A DNA stretch of 20,000 nucleotides from positions 47,580 through 67,579 of the IMG/VR virus record IMGVR_UViG_2562617116_000002; one strand, written 5' to 3'. A program made the translations under genes and the position numbers. Below, piece by piece: positions 6,549 to 15,098 of this stretch (within the stretch, counting starts at the first letter, position 1; the number at the start of each line of letters is the position of its first letter). Origin of the DNA: an uncultured virus (IMG/VR IMGVR_UViG_2562617116_000002) (Duplodnaviria; Heunggongvirae; Uroviricota; Caudoviricetes). The notes beneath the pieces are model-generated. The model saw only the letters and a list, made by a program, of their open reading frames with translations. It was not told the DNA's origin and made no database searches.

Positions 6549-6693
6549 TTTCGTATCACTCCTTTCGTCCTAATTAGGCCGGATTGTTCTATATATTACG
6601 CCCTGATTTCGAAAAATTCCATCGTATTTTGTCGAAAGTATTCAGAATTCCCCCGGTAAATGTTTACAATATCAACCGCTATTTTCCACCGTC

Positions 6694-8037
6694 TTAGAAA
6701 TCGAATTGATCCGCAGCATCTTCGCCTTTCGGAAATTCTCGCAAAACACCGTAGTCGAATAGCGCAACTAGCTCGAGCATGAAATCTTCGCCACCATTCC
6801 GGCCTTTCTCGATCCCGATTCCGGCTATTCCCTCTTTCGATACCGAATCAAAGCCGATCAAATTCGTCGCGATATCTAACAGACGAGAGGTGGTTTTTAC
6901 CTTTTCGCGAGTAGGAATTCGTAGCTCCCTCACGCCGTCTTCGCTAACCTCTTTTTTATCTACGGTCGCCTGAACGGTGTAAAATCCAACTACGTCATAA
7001 TCACCCACTATATTTTCGAAACGTGTTGCAGCGTACTCGGCTGCGCCCCCTGCTGTTTTATTTACGTTCTTTCCGTAAACATCTGAAAGTCCATAGAATG
7101 GATCAAGAAAAACGGCGTCAATTTTTCCTGTACTCAGCTCCCGTTCAAGATCCGCTAATGACCGCGTCAACTCTCTTCCGCTTTTCCCTTGGAAATAAAG
7201 TGTTCCAGGGTAGTACGAATCGAGTAACTCCAAGACTTCGAAGAACTTTTCCCGAACAACATCATCCAGTTTTCCCGATAAAATAGCTTTGTTTGGTATG
7301 CCTACCTTCCGTCCGAGCTCGTCAATCAATACCTCGTCAACCGCTGTCGCAATTGAAATAAGACGGGAAATAAACGTGTATTCTTTAACTTCGAATGATT
7401 TAACGAGACAGTTTGCACCTTGGCGCAGTAATGAATCGAGAATTCGACAGACTAGGTATGTTTTACCGCGCCCTGACTCGCCCATGATTCCATAAATATC
7501 GCCTGTAAACCACCCCGATATCTCATTATCAAGAGTAGGAAAAGGCGTCTTATAAATCCGGAATGACTTGCCTTCTTCGCGCTTTTTATACTCGTCTCTA
7601 AACGATTCTTTAATTTCACTCAACGTCCGACCGATAGAACTACGAACGTTTGTTCTTATTTTAAGACTTTCGACTTTTTCCGTCAACCACGAAAATAATT
7701 CTTCCGGATTATCTTGCGCTTGACTAAACCGGTCCGGAAGCTCCTTTTCCGCGATATCAACGAACTCTCGCAACGCAGCCTGTTTCCGTAGTTTTTCCGC
7801 AAGGTAATCGTAATTGGCATCGATATTAAAATCCGGCTGGAAGTCCGGCACCTCATTCGCAACCATCTCGGCCGTCGGCGCCTGGCCTCCGTGTTTCTCC
7901 GCATATTCCGTGATGTATCGGAGTGCTTTGCGTTCGCCTTCCGTTGGTAAGTCCTCGGCGGTAATATTAAAGCGCAGCAGCGCGTTCGGATCGTTCTGTT
8001 CGATTACTTTCGATAGCATTAAAACACCGTAGTTCAT
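6694..8037 (-). CDS. Replicative DNA helicase, DnaB-like (SF4), 447 aa
   Basis: Walker A GESGRGKT, Walker B AVFLD, EKGRNG arginine-finger motif. Confidence 0.88.
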   Translation of the reverse strand: MNYGVLMLSKVIEQNDPNALLRFNITAEDLPTEGERKALRYITEYAEKHGGQAPTAEMVANEVPDFQPDFNIDANYDYLAEKLRKQAALREFVDIAEKELPDRFSQAQDNPEELFSWLTEKVESLKIRTNVRSSIGRTLSEIKESFRDEYKKREEGKSFRIYKTPFPTLDNEISGWFTGDIYGIMGESGRGKTYLVCRILDSLLRQGANCLVKSFEVKEYTFISRLISIATAVDEVLIDELGRKVGIPNKAILSGKLDDVVREKFFEVLELLDSYYPGTLYFQGKSGRELTRSLADLERELSTGKIDAVFLDPFYGLSDVYGKNVNKTAGGAAEYAATRFENIVGDYDVVGFYTVQATVDKKEVSEDGVRELRIPTREKVKTTSRLLDIATNLIGFDSVSKEGIAGIGIEKGRNGGEDFMLELVALFDYGVLREFPKGEDAADQFDF

Positions 8038-8237
8038 CCGCGATCCCTCCTCTTCTTCTCGATATAAATGACTCTCACGCCTCTTTTCCGCTGTTCTGCG
8101 ATTTCGATACTTATACGGAAGTAGTCGGCTGCCTCACCGAACATACCCGAAATGTAATCCGCAGCAACACCGATGTAGTAGAACGCCCAATCCAGCGCAG
8201 CAAACGTCCACTTTAACGGATAGAGTAGGCGGTACAT
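8034..8237 (-). CDS. Hypothetical protein, 67 aa
   Basis: GGAGG RBS; start and stop overlap both neighbours. Confidence 0.6.
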   Translation of the reverse strand: MYRLLYPLKWTFAALDWAFYYIGVAADYISGMFGEAADYFRISIEIAEQRKRGVRVIYIEKKRRDRG

Positions 8238-8569
8238 TATTCCGACGCCTCCAACTCATAGAGCCGCTGAAAAGATTGGATAACGCGTGCTCCTGACTCA
8301 TAAAGTTCGACGGCGGGTGCGTCAAGTTTGAACGCGGGCTTATCGTCAATCAAAATAACCTTATTTCCGTTTTCATCTACCTTAATCTGACCGCGTTCCT
8401 TAGCTTCATCAAATGTTAAGCCGAAATGATCAAACGCCCTTTGAAATTCCGAATACATCCATCCTTGAACTTTTTTAGAAAATTCATCAAATAGTGCGCC
8501 ATCACTCTTTCTCTCATTTTCAATATCCTTGAAATACTGTTTAAGTCTCGGACTTAGTTTATAAGTCAC
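8237..8569 (-). CDS. Hypothetical protein, 110 aa
   Basis: GGAGG RBS, GTG start, overlaps with neighbours. Confidence 0.7.
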   Translation of the reverse strand: MTYKLSPRLKQYFKDIENERKSDGALFDEFSKKVQGWMYSEFQRAFDHFGLTFDEAKERGQIKVDENGNKVILIDDKPAFKLDAPAVELYESGARVIQSFQRLYELEASE

Positions 8570-9069
8570 TACCGCTCGACCTCCCGCTTTAATTTCGCCT
8601 TCGCCTCGTCCTGCTTCGCCTTGTATTCCTCGTCGCCGTACATCGCTTCCAAACGCTTGTAATCGTTATATTCATCGAGCAGCTCATCGATTTTCTTCGT
8701 CTTGTCTTTCGCCATTTCACTCCCCGCCTTTTCTAGTCTTTCGCTAAGCTTAGCTATGGTATCGGCACTCGGTAATTCCGGAAGAAATTCCGCAAAGTGA
8801 AACGCCGTTCCCTCTGGCTTCGGATAGTTTTCGTAATCAACTCCGTCAAGATATTCGTCAACAAACTGACTCCGGCAGACTAGACGGATATCGTTCGCAT
8901 CAGCGAGAATCCATTCGCCGTGTATTGCGTCTGTCAGATCGAACTCAACGTAAGTAGAGACGCCGGTATCATCCGTTTCCTCAATGTCCCGACGCGCATC
9001 CACGAAGAAAATGCGGTCAGGGTAGCCGTCTACTGCGACTAGGTCTCCGAAAGCGATGTCCGTTTTCAT
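8569..9069 (-). CDS. Hypothetical protein resembling the C-terminal part of Bacillus YodN, 166 aa
   Basis: GDLVAVDGY...GEWILAD..D and IDELLDEYNDY...DEEYK recall YodN (from memory, unverified). Confidence 0.55.
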   Translation of the reverse strand: MKTDIAFGDLVAVDGYPDRIFFVDARRDIEETDDTGVSTYVEFDLTDAIHGEWILADANDIRLVCRSQFVDEYLDGVDYENYPKPEGTAFHFAEFLPELPSADTIAKLSERLEKAGSEMAKDKTKKIDELLDEYNDYKRLEAMYGDEEYKAKQDEAKAKLKREVER

Positions 9070-9893
9070 CTCCGCAGCCCCCTTTTCGATTCGCCTTCGA
9101 ATTCAATCACGCGACATAGGTCACGGACCCGATCCGCTAGTCTTCCTTCACCGAATACGTCGGCTATATCGTACGGCTTATTCGCGGGTACACGTTTTCT
9201 CGGTTCGACGTCGGATTTCAACGGAATATTGCTCGTATATATTGTCGGTAATTGGTTCGTAACTCTCGCGTTAATTATTCCGTGCAGATCGCCGCGAAAT
9301 CCGTCTGATGGGCTCCGAACGCCTATATCGTCTAGTACCACAAAGGGCGCCGTTTTAGCCGCTTCTAACGCGTGATAATAACGGGTGGCCGCCTGCTCTG
9401 CGACTGAGTCCGGAACGCGCGGTCGATTGAATTCGTTATAGTCGTTCTGCCATTCGTTCACATCGAGGAAATAGGCCGGGCGCAGTGACGGCGTTAAACC
9501 TCTCCGCAAAGATCCGCTGTAATGGACGCGCAGCCATTCGTTAAGGAGCGCCGCCGCTGTCGTCGTCTTGCCGGTTCCGGAGTTCGCGCTGTAGAGATAC
9601 AACGACTTGATCCGGTCAGCCGGTTCGATATAGCCTTCCGTTTGCTCGAATTGGCGTTCGAACGTCTTGACGTAGTTTTCAACCGATTTATATACCGCAG
9701 GCTGATCCGCTCTGGCCGGAGAGTTGGCGAGCGTTGTCAGTCGATATTCTCGCGGTAAGTCTGCCGCCGCAGACCGGCCGCCGTTGCCAGACGCGCCATG
9801 CATTCCGATAAAAAACGTACAGTGTTGCGTGCAAGATGCCGTGCCGGCCGCTTTACATCCGTTAGCCAGGACGCAGTTTCTTTCGTTAGTCAA
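9066..9893 (-). CDS. DnaC/IstB-like AAA+ helicase loader, 275 aa
   Basis: Walker A SGTGKT, Walker B VVLDD, TIYTSN sensor, RLADRV, N-terminal Cys cluster; AGGAGGTG RBS with TTG start. Confidence 0.88.
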   Translation of the reverse strand: MTNERNCVLANGCKAAGTASCTQHCTFFIGMHGASGNGGRSAAADLPREYRLTTLANSPARADQPAVYKSVENYVKTFERQFEQTEGYIEPADRIKSLYLYSANSGTGKTTTAAALLNEWLRVHYSGSLRRGLTPSLRPAYFLDVNEWQNDYNEFNRPRVPDSVAEQAATRYYHALEAAKTAPFVVLDDIGVRSPSDGFRGDLHGIINARVTNQLPTIYTSNIPLKSDVEPRKRVPANKPYDIADVFGEGRLADRVRDLCRVIEFEGESKRGLRR

Positions 9894-9906
9894 TCACGAT
9901 CACCTC

Positions 9907-10053
9907 CTACTTTTCTCGGATAATAAACTCCGCTCTAATTTCTTCAAAATTAACTAATATCTTTCCGCGTACAGGTGCATAACCTTTTCGTGTGAGCCAC
10001 TGCGCCATAGCTTCGATCATTTCGTCTTTATTCATCGTATACTTTAAAGCCAT
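9907..10053 (-). CDS. Hypothetical protein, 48 aa (MALKYTMNKDEMIEAMAQWLTRKGYAPVRGKILVNFEEIRAEFIIREK)
   Basis: Hand-translated; GGAGGTG RBS; fills the gap between neighbours. Confidence 0.65.
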   Translation of the reverse strand: MALKYTMNKDEMIEAMAQWLTRKGYAPVRGKILVNFEEIRAEFIIREK

Positions 10054-11060
10054 TCGCCCACCTCCGTACGGCTGTCATCGATGATTTTTAATGTACGTTT
10101 AGGCGCCCAAGTGTTGTTATGATCGTACACCCGGTCGTCTTCTATCTTAACCACGAGATATTCATCGATCACTTCGCCATTATGAATTAGCTTTACAGCG
10201 TCTCCCACACGAACCTCAGTCGGCTGCGGTGCGTTCAGATATTCGTCAGGCACTTCGAGTCCAAGTGCGCGATGGAGAGCGATAGCCTTTCCGATATGTT
10301 CGTTGAAGCAGTCGTCCGGGGCGGCCTTGGCGATCCCTCTTGCGTAGACTTTGCTCGTATTAGCACCACGCAATAATGCTACAACAGTTCGTTTTTGGTT
10401 GTTTACAATAAACTCCGCAGTACAAATGTAGGGGTTATAGAAATTATCAGCGTCTGGCACTTCGTAGAAATTGCGATTTTTCAACTCATTGATATCAGCC
10501 TTCGCCTGCTCAACGATTTCATCCCGGCGTTCTTGTGCAGTCTTTTCAACCGGTGCCGTCGCCGTTAACTCACGTCGCGCATCTTCGAACCCTTTTGCGT
10601 AAGCAGCTAGCCGCAATTCCTCGATCGCCTCTCTCGCATTTTCTACCGCAGTATCATATCGTTCCACTTCGTCAGCCTCCCCGTTTTTAACTTCGTTATT
10701 GACGATGACTTCGTATTCTGAAGTCCAGAATACAAACCCTGCGTCAGTTACAATGTGTTCGTTATTATCGCTCGACGCACTTACGTATTTATGAACCTTG
10801 TGAATTTGTCCGTTGTTATACGTACCCAATTCAGCATTAACAATCAGAATTCGCTCGCCAACTTTGGCCGGACGCTTTTCTGTGACGATAAGTTCGGCGT
10901 CTTCTTTTCGTATTACTGCTAAACTACCGTCTTTTTCTCTTGTTTTGTACGTAAAATCACCCTCTCTTTCGAACTCAAACATCCGACCGATCTTATTTAT
11001 ATACCAATACGAAGGTTCTCCCGCCTTCAAAATCCGCACATACTTTTTCGTTTTGGTCAT
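10044..11060 (-). CDS. Hypothetical phage protein, 338 aa (contains GIAKAAPDDCFNEHIGKAIALHRA motif)
   Basis: Start re-assigned to ATG 11060 (GGAGG RBS); motif of a type common in phage proteins. Confidence 0.75.
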   Translation of the reverse strand: MTKTKKYVRILKAGEPSYWYINKIGRMFEFEREGDFTYKTREKDGSLAVIRKEDAELIVTEKRPAKVGERILIVNAELGTYNNGQIHKVHKYVSASSDNNEHIVTDAGFVFWTSEYEVIVNNEVKNGEADEVERYDTAVENAREAIEELRLAAYAKGFEDARRELTATAPVEKTAQERRDEIVEQAKADINELKNRNFYEVPDADNFYNPYICTAEFIVNNQKRTVVALLRGANTSKVYARGIAKAAPDDCFNEHIGKAIALHRALGLEVPDEYLNAPQPTEVRVGDAVKLIHNGEVIDEYLVVKIEDDRVYDHNNTWAPKRTLKIIDDSRTEVGEWL

Positions 11061-11074
11061 CGCAATCCCTCCGT

Positions 11075-11458
11075 TTAATAAAAGTCGTCGCCGATTTCCG
11101 CCTGCTGCTCCCGCCTTTGTTGCGCCGCTTCTTCGTCCCTGATTTCCGCCACTGCCCGCTGCAAATTCCGCCCCATATACGTCTGCATAAATCCGAAGCT
11201 GATGCCCGGCCATTCTGCCGTCGGCCGGTATTCCGCAAAGCACAGATCTATGAAGCGCTTCGTTACTTCCGGGCCGTATTCGCCTGGCTTCCGCTTCGTC
11301 CCGACCCATCGACCGAGCATTCCCGCTTCCGCCTTCCAAGGTTCGCGAGTAGGCATCGGAACGTAAGGGACACCGTACAGCCGCTCATGCTCCGCTTTTA
11401 AGTACGATTGAAAGTCGCGCACATTCCACTTGGATACCGATTTATCTATCGTCGGCAT
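11075..11458 (-). CDS. Hypothetical phage replication-region protein, 127 aa
   Basis: Start re-assigned to ATG 11458 (GGGTGA RBS); helical domain with an acidic GDDFY tail. Confidence 0.7.
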   Translation of the reverse strand: MPTIDKSVSKWNVRDFQSYLKAEHERLYGVPYVPMPTREPWKAEAGMLGRWVGTKRKPGEYGPEVTKRFIDLCFAEYRPTAEWPGISFGFMQTYMGRNLQRAVAEIRDEEAAQQRREQQAEIGDDFY

Positions 11459-11870
11459 TTTCGTCACCCATTTCGTTAAGAATCGCATAATAATCGTATT
11501 CTTGCGCATAGGCTTCGTAGAGATCGATTTTACGCCGCAAGTCCGAAATTTCCTCCGCCATGTGATCCTTTTCCGCTAACAACGATTCAACAATTGGTCG
11601 GTCGGCAATCGGACACATTCTCGCTATATCCGACGCAAGCTCCGCAATGTGATCGAGTAAAGCCGGAATGTCTTGGCGAGCGTTTGCGATGAATTCTGCG
11701 TCTTCTTTCGTTACTGCCGCCGCAACGCCGTCCCAATGTGTTTTTACCCAATAGCGAAGATTTTCGTTTCCCGGCCACTCACAATCATCTGCGGCCCAAT
11801 AGCTCTCCGTTGCCGCTTCCGTACGCTGACGGATCGCTTCGAGTTCGTCTTTCGTTAGTTTAGAAGTCAT
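11442..11870 (-). CDS. Ead/Ea22-like phage protein, 142 aa
   Basis: DAEFIANARQDIPALL motif; start ATG 11870 with AAGGTGA RBS. Confidence 0.6.
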   Translation of the reverse strand: MTSKLTKDELEAIRQRTEAATESYWAADDCEWPGNENLRYWVKTHWDGVAAAVTKEDAEFIANARQDIPALLDHIAELASDIARMCPIADRPIVESLLAEKDHMAEEISDLRRKIDLYEAYAQEYDYYAILNEMGDENADDR

Positions 11871-11895
11871 ATTTTTCGTCACCTTCTTCGTATAT

Positions 11896-12147
11896 TTAAT
11901 CGTTATCAATTGGTTCAGCCACTACGGACACGCCGTCAACACGCCTTTCGGAAAACTCGTGGTCTATTCCCATAATATCCACGTTGCCTCTGTAAGTGTA
12001 ATAACTATAATCAATCGATTTGACGCGCTGTCCATACTTTCTCAAATCAGCGTTGACAATTCTCCTGAATTCGGAAAGATCGTAAGACACTAGATCAGAG
12101 CCACTAATCCGCTTTAAATCGGAAAATTCATAAACCATTCTCATCAC
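11896..12147 (-). CDS. Hypothetical protein, 83 aa
   Basis: Co-oriented ORF overlapping the upstream stop; AAGGGGTG RBS. Confidence 0.6.
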   Translation of the reverse strand: MMRMVYEFSDLKRISGSDLVSYDLSEFRRIVNADLRKYGQRVKSIDYSYYTYRGNVDIMGIDHEFSERRVDGVSVVAEPIDND

Positions 12148-12521
12148 GCATTCACCCCTTCGATTTTGATTCCGAGACTATCGAGTGTATTTCGGACTCC
12201 TTCCGCAACGCCTGATGTGTAAAAATCGTCCTTACTGCGAGGCATGGATTGCTCATGTCGCTGGTAATTGGCCGCGTAATACTCCCGCACCTTCTCCTCC
12301 GGCGTCTTTTCGACTTCATATCCGTTGATTAATGCGGCTGCGAGAGTTAACATATCCATTTTGTCAAGCTCGCATATGCTATAGCCCCAAGTCGACGGTC
12401 GGCCCGATAAAACGTCGGCGTGACTCGCTAATATCCAGTCGTCGCCGTGCCCCCATCGCCTTACCTGTTCGATCGCCCCCGCCTGCTCCTTCGTAATTAA
12501 CGGCCTTTTAATTTCGCTCAT
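12144..12521 (-). CDS. Hypothetical phage protein (DUF1642-like ALINGYEVE motif), 125 aa
   Basis: AAGGAGG RBS; ATGA overlap. Confidence 0.7.
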   Translation of the reverse strand: MSEIKRPLITKEQAGAIEQVRRWGHGDDWILASHADVLSGRPSTWGYSICELDKMDMLTLAAALINGYEVEKTPEEKVREYYAANYQRHEQSMPRSKDDFYTSGVAEGVRNTLDSLGIKIEGVNA

Positions 12522-12853
12522 CTTAGCGCCTCCTTTGCGTGTAAATTTATTTCGTATAACTCAGTAATCGGAACTAAATCGACTGATTCTTCGGGAATCT
12601 CCGACTTCGATTCGATTAATTTCAGAGCCTTCTTCAGCCGCTCGTTTTCCGCAATCAATCCGGCAAGGGCACAACGTAGGTCTGCGATTTCTTTAGTTTC
12701 CGGAAACAGATCGAACGTCGTCAACTCACGCTCTGATCCGTCTTCCTCCTTGATAAAAACGCCGCCCTCTCCCGGAGCAACCTCCCGCACCTCAATGCCG
12801 AGTTCCTTAGCGACCTTGATAATGTGGTCTATATCGAATTTTGGAACGATCAT
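12518..12853 (-). CDS. Hypothetical protein, 111 aa
   Basis: GGAGG RBS; coupled to the next gene. Confidence 0.7.
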   Translation of the reverse strand: MIVPKFDIDHIIKVAKELGIEVREVAPGEGGVFIKEEDGSERELTTFDLFPETKEIADLRCALAGLIAENERLKKALKLIESKSEIPEESVDLVPITELYEINLHAKEALR

Positions 12854-12892
12854 TTTAACGCCTCCATTCCGTGTATTTTCGCCCTTCCAACG

Positions 12893-13234
12893 TCAGCCCT
12901 TACGATTACCCTCGAGCGTCAGCAAAGCCGCTAATTCCCCGCGAAATTCCCGTATAATTCGTGCGAGTTCTTCCAGCGTCTTGGCGTCGGATAATTTAAT
13001 CCGCCGATCTATGACGAACTCGATTGCGCGGTCAATCGATGAGAAGTACGCGACCTCCCGCCAACGTGCGATTGGTGACGGATCAAGATCGGGATTTTCG
13101 GCTAGCCGCTTCGGCCAGTTCGGCGCTTTCGTTGGATCGGTGAAATAGCGTTCATTGACGATGATATTGCGTTCGTCTGACGTGAGTTTGTAATCGGGGG
13201 AAATCGGGATTTCAATCGGCATGATTTTCGTCAT
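12893..13234 (-). CDS. Hypothetical phage protein (DUF5405-like); true start may be ATG 13222
   Basis: YKLTSDERNIIV...YFSSI pattern; AAGGAG abuts the first ATG, so the second ATG is better spaced. Confidence 0.65.
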   Translation of the reverse strand: MTKIMPIEIPISPDYKLTSDERNIIVNERYFTDPTKAPNWPKRLAENPDLDPSPIARWREVAYFSSIDRAIEFVIDRRIKLSDAKTLEELARIIREFRGELAALLTLEGNRKG

Positions 13235-13242
13235 CTCCTTCG

Positions 13243-13728
13243 TTATCTGTTTTTAAAAACTTCGGTTACTGCACCGTTCTTATAGAAGATTCGAGCATCG
13301 GGCGTCGTCCATCCGTATTCGTCCGCTAGGAATTGAGCGTACTGTTCGACATTTTCGAAGGATACCTTTCCGGAGTAACTTCGGAATATATAATCGGACC
13401 AAGTTGGCGCAGTGTGGATCGGGTAATTACCGTATCGCGCCTTCCATTCCTCCTCTTTTTCAGGCGAAGCTATATTCGAGTAAACCCCTGCTTCCCATCC
13501 TTTTTTGTTAATACGATCTAAATCGACTGGGTCTGCGATTCCCCAACGATCTCCACAACAGTCGCAGTCAATACCTTCGCTTACTCCGTTCCAATAGACG
13601 CCAAGGCCTTCTGCAATTGTGTCCGCTTCTTCGTAAGAATTCGCCTCAATGAAGATCCGGTGACAAAGTTTATCATTCGTAAGGAAAGACCCACCGCTAT
13701 TGTTCTGTGTATATTCGTAAAAAGCCAT
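13243..13728 (-). CDS. Conserved phage protein with QNNSGG and DCDCCGDRW (probable metal-binding) motifs, 161 aa
   Basis: AAGGGAG RBS; motif pair recognised from phage hypothetical proteins. Confidence 0.75.
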   Translation of the reverse strand: MAFYEYTQNNSGGSFLTNDKLCHRIFIEANSYEEADTIAEGLGVYWNGVSEGIDCDCCGDRWGIADPVDLDRINKKGWEAGVYSNIASPEKEEEWKARYGNYPIHTAPTWSDYIFRSYSGKVSFENVEQYAQFLADEYGWTTPDARIFYKNGAVTEVFKNR

Positions 13729-13794
13729 ACTATCGTACTCCCTTCGTTATTATTAAAACCTAGCAATCGTTCGCATACGCTCACTCTTGCAGAT

Positions 13795-13958
13795 GTTATT
13801 AATCGCGATATATCTTTTATTAAAAATATCCGCGCGAATGTATATGAGCGCTATTATTAGTTTAGATAAATAAGTATAGTTAAATGAGTTTAGTTCGTCT
13901 TCAAACTGTGAAGTAGGTCACTTCAAGTCATGAAGGGGGTTACTATCGTTTTTTGAAG
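13795..13958. other. Putative phage replication origin: iteron-like CTTCA-N5-TGAAG repeats plus an adjacent AT-rich tract
   Basis: Palindromic units at 13899-13913 and 13921-13935 and a half unit (TGAAG) at 13954-13958, with a 22-23 bp period. AT-rich 13795-13895. Lies at the 3' end of the HTH initiator gene. Confidence 0.55.
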
Positions 13959-14292
13959 TGCCGGAGTAAAACCACTCCGCCGGCTCCCACAACGTATACT
14001 CATTCGACGTCTGCCCGTTCTCTGTTTTGCGCTCGGTAATATCGATTAATTCGAGTTCCTTTAGTCGACGCAATGCTGCCCGAACTGTATTCGAAGAGCA
14101 TCGACATTTGTCTGCGATAGTCTGTACGCTTGGATGCGATTTCTTACTCGTGTTGTCTGCGTAAAAACACAAGATCGAATATACGAGTTTCTGTATCGGC
14201 TTATCTAAATACGTCTCGTCTTCGAGGACCGCTTTCGTAACGCGGACGAACCTGTGGTCGTGGAAATCAATCGGTCGCTTTTCGTTTGTCAT
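13918..14292 (-). CDS. Winged-HTH (HTH_36-like) replication initiator, N-terminal-domain-sized, 124 aa
   Basis: KLVYSILCFYADN...PSVQTIADKCRCSSNTVRAALRRLKELELI...SNEY signature; start ATG 14292 with GGGGTGA RBS. Confidence 0.75.
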   Translation of the reverse strand: MTNEKRPIDFHDHRFVRVTKAVLEDETYLDKPIQKLVYSILCFYADNTSKKSHPSVQTIADKCRCSSNTVRAALRRLKELELIDITERKTENGQTSNEYTLWEPAEWFYSGTSKNDSNPLHDLK

Positions 14293-14299
14293 TCGTTTA

Positions 14300-14731
14300 T
14301 CACCCCGCAATCTCTTTCGTAATGATCTCCGGAAATTCTAAGTGGTCATCGAAAAATAACCGGCCATTTGCGCCTACAAAAGCGTTGCTTCCGACCGTAT
14401 TCGAATACCTCAGCGTAATGCTTCTCTTATGCGGAAGATCCCGCCAAACTAGATACGCCGTTTTTCCGGAGTAAAAGTCGTGTAGCGCGAGGATGTCGAA
14501 ATCCTCTTTGCTGTAATGCTTACTAGATGCACTCGGCCGGGTGATATCAAATTTAACCTTTTCGCCGTCTTCTGAACGCGCGCTTTTCACCTGAACCCGA
14601 TATGCCTTTCCGTCTTTCTCAACGAGCATGTCACATTCCGTATTCCCCATCGTAGGCAAGTACGGCTCGTAGCCCTTCAATATAAGATCGCTTACTACGA
14701 GCATTTCCGCCGCTGCTCCCGTAATCCTCAT
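14300..14731 (-). CDS. PD-(D/E)XK endonuclease (PDDEXK_5 / I-Ssp6803I-like), ~143 aa
   Basis: G..AE...L...GY, CDMLVEK, RVQVKS and YSKEDFD motifs. Confidence 0.75.
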   Translation of the reverse strand: MRITGAAAEMLVVSDLILKGYEPYLPTMGNTECDMLVEKDGKAYRVQVKSARSEDGEKVKFDITRPSASSKHYSKEDFDILALHDFYSGKTAYLVWRDLPHKRSITLRYSNTVGSNAFVGANGRLFFDDHLEFPEIITKEIAG

Positions 14732-14782
14732 TCTCGGTAATATGACAACCGCCTCCTTTGCGTTAGTAACTCCCCGCTGTAG

Positions 14783-15065
14783 CCTTCACAAGATAATACC
14801 CGCGACTTTTCAAAACCGCACAATAAATCCGGAAATTTTTCCGTCTTCACTTATACAACCCCACAAGTAACGCCGTTTTTGGGACATCGACTCCGAGAAA
14901 ATTATTTTCCGCCTTCACTTATAACTGCGCAACGACTTTCCGAAATGGACACCGTTTTTAAAATTTCGCTGTCATAGATAACTGCGAAGTCATTTCCGGA
15001 ATGGCACACGTTTTTCTGCGTTCATTATTAGTTGCGTATAAAGTTTCCGGATCGGACAGCGTTTT
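14783..15065 (-). repeat. Five tandem degenerate 50-68 bp units, each a bipartite promoter-like motif TGT(G)C(C/G)-N15/17-CGCAGTTAT-like-N3-TGA
   Basis: Plus-strand TCA anchors at 14786, 14847, 14915, 14972 and 15022; lies between the integrase terminator and the first gene of the replication operon. Confidence 0.75.
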
Positions 15066-15069
15066 AGAC

Positions 15070-15098
15070 AAAAAAATAACCCGGCCAATCGGCCGAGT
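15070..15098 (-). terminator. Intrinsic terminator after integrase
   Basis: ACTCGGCC-GATT-GGCCGGGT hairpin followed by TATTTTTTT. Confidence 0.8.

Noticed and set aside
11061..11339. N-terminal extension of the 431-aa ORF
   Set aside because: Overlaps 11075-11458 in another frame; good RBS before ATG 11060.
14783..15065. CRISPR array interpretation of the ~60-bp periodic repeats
   Set aside because: Units are degenerate and bipartite with irregular period, there are no cas genes, and single copies sit upstream of genes like promoters.
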